A stretch of 61,736 nt of DNA, filler included, from Sandaracinaceae bacterium (GTDB lineage: Bacteria > Myxococcota_A > Polyangia > Polyangiales > JADJQN01), in the NCBI GenBank assembly GCA_947483975.1. It is 3 parts of 3 records of this genome, joined end to end, with 100 filler letters (N's around TTAATTAATTAA, not from the genome) between each part and the next. Parts side by side here need not be neighbours in the genome. Positions count along the whole stretch, not along the records: positions 1 to 20,923 come from CANKOL010000050.1; 2 more parts are not named here. One strand, 5' to 3'. This document shows, one piece after another, positions 7,767 through 16,871 of this stretch. How positions within the stretch are numbered: position 1 is the first letter of the stretch; every line of letters starts with the position of its first letter. The notes below the pieces were generated by a model. That model made no database searches. It saw nothing but the letters and a program-made list of their open reading frames with translations, and was not told the DNA's origin. The translations under genes and the position numbers were made by a program.

Positions 7767-9019
7767 GGGTCCTCTTCCTCGTCGCCGACTCGCTCCGCGC
7801 GGACGCGCTCGGCTGCTACGGCTCCGACCTCCGCACGCCGACGGTCGATCAACTCGCCTCGGGCGGCGCGCGCTTCGAGACGGTCATCTCCTCGGCGCCG
7901 TGGACGCTGCCGTCCCTCGGCGCGATGCTGACGGGAGTCTGGTCCCATCGACTCGGGCTGATGAAGTGGGAGCAGCCCTGGCCGCGCGGAGTCCCGACGC
8001 TCTTCGACGCGTTTCGGCGCAAGGGAATCGAGACGGCGTCCTTCGTCTTCGAGCCAGACCATCTCTTCAGCGCGTGTCCGGAGGCCAGCGTCGCGGGCTC
8101 TTCGCAGGACACCGACGCGATGCTGGCGTGGTTTCGCGCGCGCCGACACGGCGACTACTTCGCCTTCGTCCACTACTGGTGGACTCATGTGCCTTATGTC
8201 CGGCGGAGGCTCGCGCTCGCGACCTGGAACCAGGTGTGCCGGCAGCTTCTCGCGCTTCTGTCGGCCCCCGATCCAGCGACGCGCCTCGCCAATCGCCTGC
8301 AAATTCAGGGGCTCTACGCGGTCGCCGTGCAGGAGTTCAGCGAGGTCTGGCTGCCTCCGCTCCTCGAAGCTGCGCGCGCCGACACCGTCGTGCTCGTCTC
8401 GGATCATGGGGAGTCTTGGGGAGAGCGCCTGTCGGCGACTGACACTCTCGACGATGTGTTCGACTTGCACGGCAATCACCTCCACGAGGAGGTGCTCCGA
8501 GTCCCGTGGATCCTGCATTCGCCGGGGCTCGTGCCCGCCGTGACCGTCAGCGGCTTGGCCCGGTCCGTCGACGTGCTGCCGACGCTGCTCGAGGTGCTCG
8601 CCCTCGACCATCCCTCGCTGCGCGCGCCCTCAGGGGCGTCTCACGCGCGCTCCGGACGCTCGCTCGCCGCCGCGCTCGGCACGGGGCAACTCGCTGGCGA
8701 ACACGTCGCGTTCTCGTCGCGCAACCACGACTTCCTCGACGCGCCGGCGTTGCCGAGCGAACCCAGCAGCGTGTACGCCGAGTTCGCGTGTCGGAGCCTC
8801 TACCGCAAGGTCCTCATGGACGTGCGCGGCGCGCACGCGCGAGAGTACGATCTGCGCGCAGATCCTGCCGAAACGAGCTCCATCCGGCTGCCGGATGACA
8901 GCCCCTCGGCGCTCGCTGCGGCGCTACGCAGCGAGCTTCCCCACGCGGTCGTCTCCCCGCACCACGCCGAGGACTCTGCCCGGATGGGACAGCGCCTGAA
9001 GGACCTCGGCTACCTCTGA
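7763..9019 (+). CDS. Sulfatase-like hydrolase/transferase (alkaline phosphatase superfamily, Thr at nucleophile position)
   Basis: GTGA overlap with rSAM2. LVADSLRAD, APWTLPS..MLTG, HYWWTHVPY, SDHGE, HG..LHEEVLRVP, C-terminal RLKDLGY. No signal peptide. Confidence 0.85.
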   Translation: MRVLFLVADSLRADALGCYGSDLRTPTVDQLASGGARFETVISSAPWTLPSLGAMLTGVWSHRLGLMKWEQPWPRGVPTLFDAFRRKGIETASFVFEPDHLFSACPEASVAGSSQDTDAMLAWFRARRHGDYFAFVHYWWTHVPYVRRRLALATWNQVCRQLLALLSAPDPATRLANRLQIQGLYAVAVQEFSEVWLPPLLEAARADTVVLVSDHGESWGERLSATDTLDDVFDLHGNHLHEEVLRVPWILHSPGLVPAVTVSGLARSVDVLPTLLEVLALDHPSLRAPSGASHARSGRSLAAALGTGQLAGEHVAFSSRNHDFLDAPALPSEPSSVYAEFACRSLYRKVLMDVRGAHAREYDLRADPAETSSIRLPDDSPSALAAALRSELPHAVVSPHHAEDSARMGQRLKDLGYL

Positions 9020-9145
9020 CGCGGCGCAGAGACACGCGCGTTCAACGGTGATGTCGGCGCGCTCGTTGACTTCAATTCAGCCCTCCGGCAGCCTCGCCAA
9101 CGGTTTCGGAAGTTCTCGCGTCCCGCGCCCATCACGAGCCACTCC

Positions 9146-10237
9146 ATGCCCGCCTCCGTCGACCTGCCGTCCCGCACCACGGTCATCGAACGCTTCAAAG
9201 GCCAGGGCGGACGCATCGCCGCGGTCCTGCCGATTCACTATCCGCGTGCGCTCTTTCGCGCGTTCGGGATGCTGCCGATCGAGGTCTGGGGCCCGCCCGG
9301 CGTCGACAAATCCACGGGCGACGCGCACCTGCAGGCGTACGCGTGCAGCACGGTGCGCGCGGGGCTCTCGTTCATCTTGAGCGGCGCCGGCGAGGTCGCC
9401 GACGCGATCCTCGTGCCGCACACCTGCGACTCACTGCAGGCGCTCGCGAGCGTGCTGCTCGACTTCACGAAGCCGCACCAGATGGTCCTCACGCTCTATG
9501 TTCCGAAGGCCGAGCGCGCGTCGGACCTCGAGTTTCTCGGCAAGGAGCTGCGGCGCGTGTTCGGACGGCTCGTCGAGCTGACGGGCCAGCGGCCGACCGA
9601 CGCGGAGCTGCACGCCGCGATGGACCGCGAGCAGCAGGCCGACGAGGTGCTCGCGCGACTCCTGAGCGAGCGCGGCAAGCTCGGCGTCGGCAACCGCGAG
9701 TTCTACGGGGTCGTGCGCAGTCGGGAGTACTTGCCGGCCGAGGAGTTCGCCTCGCTCGCGCGCGCCGCCCTCGACAAGTGGGCGGGAGCGCCGTTGCCGA
9801 AGCGCACGCCGATCCTCGCGACGGGAATCATGCCTGAGCCGATGGACGTGCTCGACGCCCTCGACGAGGCGGGCTTGTCCATCGTCGCGGACGACTTCGC
9901 GGGGAGCGGGCGGCGCCTCTACAAGGCGTCGACGGCGCGCGACCCGTTCGACCGAATGGCCAAGACGCTGCTCTCGGGCTCACCCGATCCGACGCGCGGC
10001 TGCGGCATACAGCCGCGCATCGATCACCTCGTCGACCTCGCGAAGCGCACGGGGGCGAGGGGGGCGCTCTTCTACGAGATCAAGTTCTGCGAGCCAGAGG
10101 CGTTCTACGTGCCGCTCGTCACGCGCGGGCTCCAAGCCGCGGGCGTTCCCTGCCTCGCGGTCGAGGTGGACATCACGGACCCGATGCCGGATCAGCTCGT
10201 CACCCGGATCGAAGCCTTCGCAGAGAGCCTCTCATGA
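9146..10237 (+). CDS. 2-hydroxyacyl-CoA dehydratase subunit (HgdB/FldC/BcrC family)
   Basis: HLQAYACS, PHTCDSLQ, IVADD, IKFCEPEAF, TRIEAFAE. Confidence 0.87.
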   Translation: MPASVDLPSRTTVIERFKGQGGRIAAVLPIHYPRALFRAFGMLPIEVWGPPGVDKSTGDAHLQAYACSTVRAGLSFILSGAGEVADAILVPHTCDSLQALASVLLDFTKPHQMVLTLYVPKAERASDLEFLGKELRRVFGRLVELTGQRPTDAELHAAMDREQQADEVLARLLSERGKLGVGNREFYGVVRSREYLPAEEFASLARAALDKWAGAPLPKRTPILATGIMPEPMDVLDALDEAGLSIVADDFAGSGRRLYKASTARDPFDRMAKTLLSGSPDPTRGCGIQPRIDHLVDLAKRTGARGALFYEIKFCEPEAFYVPLVTRGLQAAGVPCLAVEVDITDPMPDQLVTRIEAFAESLS

Positions 10238-11559
10238 GCATCCCCGGTCAGCTCGCCTATCAGCTCAACGTCAACGTCCTCGGCAAAGCCGCGCTCCGCG
10301 TTCAGCGCTGGCAGCTCGAGCGCAAGCTCTCGAAGCCCGGCACCTGGAAGCACGAGACGCTCAACGCGCCCATCGACACCGCCCCTTGGCTCAAGGAGCT
10401 GATCACCAAGCATTACCTGACTGGGCGCTACGCCAACGGCGCGCGCAAGGTCGCGTGGGTCACCTCGGGCGCGCCCGTCGAGTTCCTCAAGGCGCTCGAC
10501 TACTTCCTCATCTATCCCGAGAACCACGGGGCGGTGTGTGGGATTCGCAAGGTCGGCGAGGAGATGTGCACGCACGCCGAGGACTTCGGCTATTCGCGGG
10601 ATATCTGCTCGTACGCGCGGTGCGATATCGGCTCGGTGTTGTCGGGCAAGACGCCTGTCGGGCGCCTCCCGAAGCCGGACCTACTCCTCTGCTGCAACAA
10701 CATCTGTCAGACGGTCCTCTACTGGTATCAGGTGCTCGCGCATCACTTCGGCTGTCCGCTGATCGTCATCGACACTCCGTTCATCTACGACGAGGCGCGC
10801 GAGCACGACATCGCGTCGGTGAAGCGCCAGATCGAGGACGCGTTCCCCATCGCCGAGCGCGTCGCGGAGAGGACGATCGAGCCGAAGCGCCTCGAGGACG
10901 TGATGCTGCGCAGCCGCGACGCGGTGGACCTCTGGCTCAAGGTGCTGCAGACGGGGCGCAATCATCCCTCCCCGATCACCGCGTTCGACGAATTCATCCA
11001 CATGGCGCCCATCGTCGAGATGCGCGGAGAGTCCGCGACGGTCGACTACTACAGCGCGATGCTGAGCGCGCTCGAGCAGCGGGCGAAGGACGGCGTCGGC
11101 GCGCTGAAGCACGAGAAGAAGCGCATTCTCTGGGACAATTTGCCCATCTGGTACCGCATCCGGCCGCTCGGCGAGAAGCTCGCGGAGCATGGCGTCGCGA
11201 TGGTCGCGTCCACGTACACCAACGCTTGGGGCGAGCTCGCCGAGCTGATCAACGCGGACCATCCGATGGACTCGATGGCCAAGTGCTACCTCCATCCGAT
11301 CCTCAATCGGGGCACCGGGCACAAGCTCCAGACGATGCAGAAGATGCTCACCGAGTACGAGGCCGACGGGGTCATCTTGCACTCGGATCGCTCGTGCAAG
11401 CCGTACTCGATTGGGCAGATCGACCAGCGCAACGCGGTGTCGGACAAGCTCGGCAAACCCGCGCTGCTGCTCGAGGCCGATCACACCGACGGGCGCGCGT
11501 ATTCGGTCGAGCAGGCGGACACGCGCATCTCGGCGTTCCTCGAATTGCTCGGAGTCTGA
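10234..11559 (+). CDS. 2-hydroxyacyl-CoA dehydratase subunit (HgdA/FldB/BcrB family)
   Basis: ATGA overlap. YPENHGA, GYSRDICSYAR, PKPDLLLCCNNIC, DGVILHSDRSCK, EADHTD..TRISAFLE. Confidence 0.88.
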   Translation: MSIPGQLAYQLNVNVLGKAALRVQRWQLERKLSKPGTWKHETLNAPIDTAPWLKELITKHYLTGRYANGARKVAWVTSGAPVEFLKALDYFLIYPENHGAVCGIRKVGEEMCTHAEDFGYSRDICSYARCDIGSVLSGKTPVGRLPKPDLLLCCNNICQTVLYWYQVLAHHFGCPLIVIDTPFIYDEAREHDIASVKRQIEDAFPIAERVAERTIEPKRLEDVMLRSRDAVDLWLKVLQTGRNHPSPITAFDEFIHMAPIVEMRGESATVDYYSAMLSALEQRAKDGVGALKHEKKRILWDNLPIWYRIRPLGEKLAEHGVAMVASTYTNAWGELAELINADHPMDSMAKCYLHPILNRGTGHKLQTMQKMLTEYEADGVILHSDRSCKPYSIGQIDQRNAVSDKLGKPALLLEADHTDGRAYSVEQADTRISAFLELLGV

Positions 11560-12332
11560 TGATGGCGAACGTCGTCGCGCTGGGCTTCGACATCGGCTCT
11601 TCGACGGCCAAGCTCGTCGGCGTCACCGCGGACGGCAAGCTCGCGTTTCACCGCATCGAGCCGACGGAGCCGCGGATCGAGGATCAGGCGACGCGTATGC
11701 TCGCAGAGGCGCGGGCGGCGCTCGGCGGCGGCGCGCTCCCCGTCGTCGCGACGGGCTACGGGCGCAAGCTGATCCCAGGCGCCGACCGCGCGGTCACGGA
11801 GATCACCTGCCACGCGCGCGGCGTGTGGGAGGCGATGGGCACGCCGGGCACGCTCGTCGACGTCGGCGGGCAGGACAGCAAGGTCATCGTGGTCGGCGCC
11901 GAGGGTCGCGTCGCGAACTTCGCGATGAACGACAAGTGCGCCGCGGGCACCGGGCGCTTCCTCGAGGTGACGGCGGCGCGCCTGCGCATCCCGATCGACG
12001 AGATCGGCGCGGTGTCGCTCAGCACGAAGAAGAGCGTGCCCATCTCCAGCACCTGCACGGTCTTCGCGGAGTCAGAGATCATCTCGTTGCTCGCGCACGG
12101 CGAGCACGTCGAGAACATCCTGCACGGGCTGCATCGCTCGCTCGTCTCACGCCTCGTCGCGATGGTCCGCGGAGTGCAGCCGCGGGCGCCGTATATGCTG
12201 TCCGGCGGGGTGGCGCGAAACGGCGCGCTGCGGGCGTTCCTCGCGGAGAGCCTCGGCAGCGAGGTGCTCGTGCCCGCCGAGCCGCAATTGATGGGCGCGT
12301 ACGGCGCGGCGCTGCTGGTTCGCCACGGCTAG
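11559..12332 (+). CDS. ATP-dependent activase of 2-hydroxyacyl-CoA dehydratase (HgdC/BadFG family, ASKHA [4Fe-4S])
   Basis: TGATG coupling. DIGSSTAK, ATGYGR, EITCHARG, DVGGQDSK, MNDKCAAGTGRFLE, SSTCTVFAESE, GGVARN. Confidence 0.92.
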   Translation: MMANVVALGFDIGSSTAKLVGVTADGKLAFHRIEPTEPRIEDQATRMLAEARAALGGGALPVVATGYGRKLIPGADRAVTEITCHARGVWEAMGTPGTLVDVGGQDSKVIVVGAEGRVANFAMNDKCAAGTGRFLEVTAARLRIPIDEIGAVSLSTKKSVPISSTCTVFAESEIISLLAHGEHVENILHGLHRSLVSRLVAMVRGVQPRAPYMLSGGVARNGALRAFLAESLGSEVLVPAEPQLMGAYGAALLVRHG

Positions 12333-14449
12333 CGGATCAGGTCTTTGACCTTGGCGCGTAGCTGCGCGGCCGTGTACGGCTTCGGCAAGAAGCCGCTGAC
12401 CGCGCGCCCGGAGAATCGGTCCTTGAGCTCCAGCTCGGAGTAGCCGCTCGAGACGATCACGCGCACTTGCGGATCGAGGACTCGCAGCTCACGCAGGGCC
12501 GAGTCGCCGTCGAGCACAGGCATCGTGAGATCGAGCAGCACGAGCGCGATGCGCCTGGCGTGCATCGCGTAGAGATCGACCGCCTGCCGCCCGTCGCACG
12601 CGAGGAGCACCTCGTACCCAGCGTTTTCGAGGATCTTGCCCACGAACCTGCGTAGCGAAGGCTCGTCGTCGACGACGAGCACGACGCGCGTGTCCCCGTG
12701 CTCGATGGCCGGCGGTACGGAGGACACCGAAATGCGCTCGCGCGACGCGCGCGCGTCCCGCGGTTGCTCGACGGGCAACAGCAGGCGCACGCGGGTGCCC
12801 TGCCCCGGTGCGCTCGTGAAGCGGAGCGAGCCTCCGTGTGCGCGGGCGATGCCGAGCGACTCCGGGATACCGAGCCCGCGCCCCACGAACTTCGTCGAGA
12901 AGAACGGATCGAAGATTCGCGCGAGCGTCGCGGCGTCCATCCCTGGGCCATCGTCCTCGAGGTCGATGTAGAAGTACGTGCCGGGCTCGAGGGAGTCACC
13001 CGCGACGAACGGCTCGAGTTCCGCGCGGCCACACTCGACGACGCCCCAAGCGACGCGAACCTCGCCCGACTCGGCTGCGACGGCCTCTGCGGCGTTGGTC
13101 ATGAGGTTGCCGATCAGGCGCCGAAGCTGGTCGGGATCCGCGGCGATGGTCGAAGGCTCCGCGGCTGCGGACAACGCCGGGCTCGACACGAGCGTCACGC
13201 CCGTCGGGAAGGTCGTGGCGATGGAGGGAAGCGCGACCTGCATCAGCGTCGGGAGTGACACGCTCGAAGGGGCAAACAGGGACTTGCCGGAGACCGCGAG
13301 CATCTGCTGAGTCAGGCGCGCCGCGCGTCGTGCGGCGAGCACGATTTGTTCGAGATCCGCCTGCACGGGCGAGTTCGACTCGGTCGCCTCGCAGACGGTC
13401 TCGGCGTTGCCGAGGATGGTCGTCAGGAGGTTGTTGAAGTCGTGCGCGATGCCGCCGGCGAACATCCCGGCGCTCTCGAGGCGCTGCATTCGGTGCTCAC
13501 GTTCGATCGAGCGGAGGCGCTCCTGCTCGGCGCGCCGTCGCTGCGTGACGTCCTCGAAGGTGGAGAACGAGCCGAACGGCACCGCCTCGCCGGGGCGAAA
13601 CATCGGGACCGCGCTGGTCCGCAGCCAGACCACGTCGTCTCGGTCGGCGGTGTGCAACCCAAACACGACCTCGGGCACCTCCACTCCGGTGCTCTGCGCG
13701 ACGACGACGGGGAACTCGTCCGTCGGCAGCGGCGAGCCGTCCTCGCGCACGGCCCGCCAGCGCGGATCGAGCAGGCCCCGGTCCGCTAGCTCGTCGGGAG
13801 CCAGGCCGAGGATCTTCAGCGCGGCCGGGTTCGCGGAGGTGATCGTCCCGTCGCTGAGCGAGTAGACGACGCCTTGCGTCATGCGGTCGAAGAGCCCCCG
13901 AAAGCGGGCTTCGCTGGCCACGAGCGCCGCCTCGGCGCGCTTGCGGTCGACCATGTCCATCGTGAGCGAGAGGAGCTCCTCGAGGGCCTCGACGTCGTCT
14001 GAGTCGTAGTCCGTGGGCTTGTTCCCCACGCCGATGATCGCGGTGACGAGGTCGTCGCGCAGCATCGGCACGATCAGCTCGCGCGTGATCGTGGCGTGCC
14101 CCTCGGGCATCCCCCTGCGGTGCATCAGCGCCGCGTAGTCGTTGTGGATGACCGGCGCGCGCGCGTGAAACGCCTCCACCCAGACACCTGCGCGGTTGAT
14201 CGCGTAGTGCTGGTGCTTGCCCTCGGCGGTGCACATATGCCGGAGCGTGTTGGTGGACCAAGCCTGCAGCGTCAGGTTCTGCTGGTCCGGGTCGACGAAG
14301 TGGAAGAAGCCGATCAGGCTGCCGCTGAGCCGCTCGGCGGAGTCGAGCGTCTCCTGCAAGAGCTCGTCGAGCGTCCCGTGGAGCGCGACGCGAGAGAGCC
14401 TCACGCGCGCCTCGAGCAGCAAGCGCTGCTTCTGCCCGTCAGCCGGCAT
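12329..14449 (-). CDS. Cytoplasmic hybrid sensor histidine kinase (GAF-PAS-HisKA-HATPase-REC)
   Basis: GAF (PVIHNDY, GVGNK), PAS, H-box GGIAHDFNNLL, N/G boxes (DDGPGMD, FDPFFSTK, GRGLG), receiver (VVDDE, LLDLTMP, KPY). Start placed at ATG 14449. Confidence 0.92.
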   Translation of the reverse strand: MPADGQKQRLLLEARVRLSRVALHGTLDELLQETLDSAERLSGSLIGFFHFVDPDQQNLTLQAWSTNTLRHMCTAEGKHQHYAINRAGVWVEAFHARAPVIHNDYAALMHRRGMPEGHATITRELIVPMLRDDLVTAIIGVGNKPTDYDSDDVEALEELLSLTMDMVDRKRAEAALVASEARFRGLFDRMTQGVVYSLSDGTITSANPAALKILGLAPDELADRGLLDPRWRAVREDGSPLPTDEFPVVVAQSTGVEVPEVVFGLHTADRDDVVWLRTSAVPMFRPGEAVPFGSFSTFEDVTQRRRAEQERLRSIEREHRMQRLESAGMFAGGIAHDFNNLLTTILGNAETVCEATESNSPVQADLEQIVLAARRAARLTQQMLAVSGKSLFAPSSVSLPTLMQVALPSIATTFPTGVTLVSSPALSAAAEPSTIAADPDQLRRLIGNLMTNAAEAVAAESGEVRVAWGVVECGRAELEPFVAGDSLEPGTYFYIDLEDDGPGMDAATLARIFDPFFSTKFVGRGLGIPESLGIARAHGGSLRFTSAPGQGTRVRLLLPVEQPRDARASRERISVSSVPPAIEHGDTRVVLVVDDEPSLRRFVGKILENAGYEVLLACDGRQAVDLYAMHARRIALVLLDLTMPVLDGDSALRELRVLDPQVRVIVSSGYSELELKDRFSGRAVSGFLPKPYTAAQLRAKVKDLIR

Positions 14450-14583
14450 TTGCAAACTCGAGCATCCACACGACTGTAACCCGGCCGACGTATGGTGGCG
14501 AGATCTCAATGGGCGAGCCTCAGCCTCGCGCTGCCGCGTCGGCGCGCCCTGCGGTCGCCCCCTCTCCTGCTACGCTGATCGCG

Positions 14584-15783
14584 ATGTTCGTCCCGTTTCT
14601 ATACGAGCTGCGCAAGCGCAAGGTGCCGGTCGGCACGACGGAGGCCGTACAGCTCGCGCGCGCCCTGACGGCCGGCCTGCACGAGGCGTCGCTCGACGGT
14701 TTCTATCACGTCGCCCGCGCCGTCTTGATTCACTCGGAGGCGCACCTCGACGCGTTCGACGAGGCGTTTGGCGCGCACTTTCGCGGCGTCGAGAGCGCCG
14801 CGCTGAAGCTGCACGAGGAGCTGCTCGATTGGCTCCGCGACGCGCGCGAGAGCGGGCGCCCGCTCACCGAAGAAGAGGCGGCGCTGAGCCAGGCGCTCGA
14901 CCTCGAGGAGCTGCGCAGGCTCTTCGAGGAGCGCCTCCGCGAGCAGAAGGAGCGGCACGACGGCGGCAGCAAGTGGATCGGCACGGACGGCACCTCGCCG
15001 TTCGGTCACTCGGGGCGCGCGCACAACCCGGGCATTCGCGTCGGCGGTCCTGGCGGGGGACGCAGCGCCGTGCAGGTCGCGGACGCGCGCAAGTATCGCC
15101 CGTACCGCAACGATCTCTCGCTCGACGTCCGACAGATGCAGGTCGCGCTCCGCAAGCTGCGCGCGTTCGAGCGCGAGGGCGGCGAGGAGGAGCTCGACCT
15201 CGAGGGCACCATCGACGCGACCGCGAAGAACGCCGGTGAGCTCGACATCGTCACGCGCCCCCCGCGCCGCCCGAGCACGCGCGTGATCCTGCTGATGGAC
15301 GTCGGCGGCTCGATGGATCCGTACATCCACATCGTCTCGAGGCTCTTCAGCGCGGCCAGCAAAGCCTCGCATTTCAAGGATTTTCGCCCTTACTACTTTC
15401 ACAACTGCGTCTACGGCCGCGTCTATCGCACGGACCGCTTCGACGACCCGGTGCAGGTGAACGACCTGCTCGCCGAGTGCGGCAAGCACTACAAGCTGAT
15501 CGTCGTCGGCGACGCGCTGATGGCGCCCTACGAGCTGATGTCGCCGGGCGGCACGATCGATCCGTCGGAGGGCGAGCGCATGGAGGGGATTCGCTGGCTG
15601 CAGCGCCTCGCCGACCACTACGAGAAGCACGCGTGGCTCAACCCGGAGCCGCCGCAGTATTGGTCGGGCAACACGATCGAGTACGTGCGGCAGGTCTTTT
15701 CGATGTTCCCCCTGACGATCGAAGGGCTCGGCGAGGCGGTGACCCATCTGGTGCGCGGTCGCAGTTCGCGCCGCGCGGCTTGA
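14584..15783 (+). CDS. VWA domain-containing protein (CoxE-like), probable MoxR partner
   Basis: QKERHDGGSKWIGTDGTSPFGHSG, MIDAS-like MDVGGSMD, YFHNCVY, VGDALMAPYEL, WLNP. Start ATG 14584 follows TACGCT. Confidence 0.88.
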   Translation: MFVPFLYELRKRKVPVGTTEAVQLARALTAGLHEASLDGFYHVARAVLIHSEAHLDAFDEAFGAHFRGVESAALKLHEELLDWLRDARESGRPLTEEEAALSQALDLEELRRLFEERLREQKERHDGGSKWIGTDGTSPFGHSGRAHNPGIRVGGPGGGRSAVQVADARKYRPYRNDLSLDVRQMQVALRKLRAFEREGGEEELDLEGTIDATAKNAGELDIVTRPPRRPSTRVILLMDVGGSMDPYIHIVSRLFSAASKASHFKDFRPYYFHNCVYGRVYRTDRFDDPVQVNDLLAECGKHYKLIVVGDALMAPYELMSPGGTIDPSEGERMEGIRWLQRLADHYEKHAWLNPEPPQYWSGNTIEYVRQVFSMFPLTIEGLGEAVTHLVRGRSSRRAA

Positions 15784-15878
15784 GGGGCCGAGCGCCACCG
15801 AGGACGCCCCGCGCGCACGCCACCCCTCGCGTCGGCGCACGACGTCTCCGAGCGATCGCAGCTACAGTGCGCCCGCCG

Positions 15879-16871
15879 ATGATCACCGTACGAGACCTGG
15901 CCAAGCACTATCGCGTGCACGAGCGCGCGCCGGGCATGGCGAACGCGCTGCGCTCGCTGTTTCACCGCAAGTACAAGACCGTGCGCGCGGTCGACGGAGT
16001 GTCCTTCGAGATCGGCGCCGGGGAGCGCGTCGGCTTCCTCGGACCGAACGGCGCGGGCAAGACGACGACGCTGAAGGTGCTCTCCGGGCTCCTGCATCCG
16101 ACGGGCGGCGAGGTGCGCGTCGACGGGCACCTCCCCCAGACCCGCGAGCGGGCGTTCCTCGAGAAGATCACGCTCGTGATGGGCCAGAAGCAGCAGCTGA
16201 TCTGGGACCTGCCGCCAGCGGAGACGTTCGAGCTGAACCGCGCGATCTACGGGGTGTCGCCCGCGGACTTCCGGGAGACGATCAGCGAGCTCACGACGCT
16301 GCTCGAGCTCGAGGAGCTGGTGAAGAAGCCGACACGTGAGCTCTCGCTCGGCGAGCGCATGAAGTGCGAGCTCGCCGCCGCGCTCGTGCACCGACCGCGG
16401 GTGCTCTTCCTCGACGAGCCGACGATCGGGCTCGATGTGTCGATGCAGGTCGTCATCCGCGACTTCATCAAGCGCTACAACGAGCGCTGGAACGCGACGC
16501 TGATCTTGACCTCGCACTACATGGACGACGTCGCCGCGCTGTGTCCGCGCGTGATCGTCATCGACAAGGGCAAGCTCTCCTTCGACGGCAGCCTCACCGA
16601 TCTCGTACAGCGAATTCGCCCAGAAAAACGGGTCGTGCTGCGCTTCGACCGCGCCGTCAGCGCGAGCGAGGTGGAGATGTTCGGCAAGGTGGTCGAGCGC
16701 ACGGAGCTCTCGGCGACGCTGCAGGTCGCGCAGGACGCGGTGCGCGAGGCGGTCAGCGGCGCCCTCGCGAGGCTGCCCGTCGCCGACCTGACGGTCGAGA
16801 GCCCGCCGCTCGAAGAGGTGATGAGCGAGCTCTTCGCGCGGAGCCGCAGCGAGCGTGAGGCCTCAGCATGA
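15879..16871 (+). CDS. ABC-2 type exporter ATP-binding protein
   Basis: GPNGAGKTT, LSLGERMK, LFLDEPTIGLD, TSHYM. Confidence 0.92.
   Translation: MITVRDLAKHYRVHERAPGMANALRSLFHRKYKTVRAVDGVSFEIGAGERVGFLGPNGAGKTTTLKVLSGLLHPTGGEVRVDGHLPQTRERAFLEKITLVMGQKQQLIWDLPPAETFELNRAIYGVSPADFRETISELTTLLELEELVKKPTRELSLGERMKCELAAALVHRPRVLFLDEPTIGLDVSMQVVIRDFIKRYNERWNATLILTSHYMDDVAALCPRVIVIDKGKLSFDGSLTDLVQRIRPEKRVVLRFDRAVSASEVEMFGKVVERTELSATLQVAQDAVREAVSGALARLPVADLTVESPPLEEVMSELFARSRSEREASA

Noticed and set aside
5440..9019. rSAM enzymes as anaerobic sulfatase-maturating enzymes for the adjacent sulfatase
   Set aside because: The sulfatase-like protein lacks the (C/S)xPxR target, and the rSAM motifs resemble PlpX-type peptide modifiers more than anSME.
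9146..12332. Class I benzoyl-CoA reductase
   Set aside because: There is only a single short activase gene and no ring-degradation or ferredoxin genes, so the call is kept at family level.
1890..12332. ORF-track starts 1890, 4699, 7628 and 10386 implying long N-terminal extensions or fusions
   Set aside because: The extensions overlap upstream genes in another frame and are Arg/Ala-rich noise. Downstream starts at 2826, 5440, 7763 and 11559 fit translational coupling.
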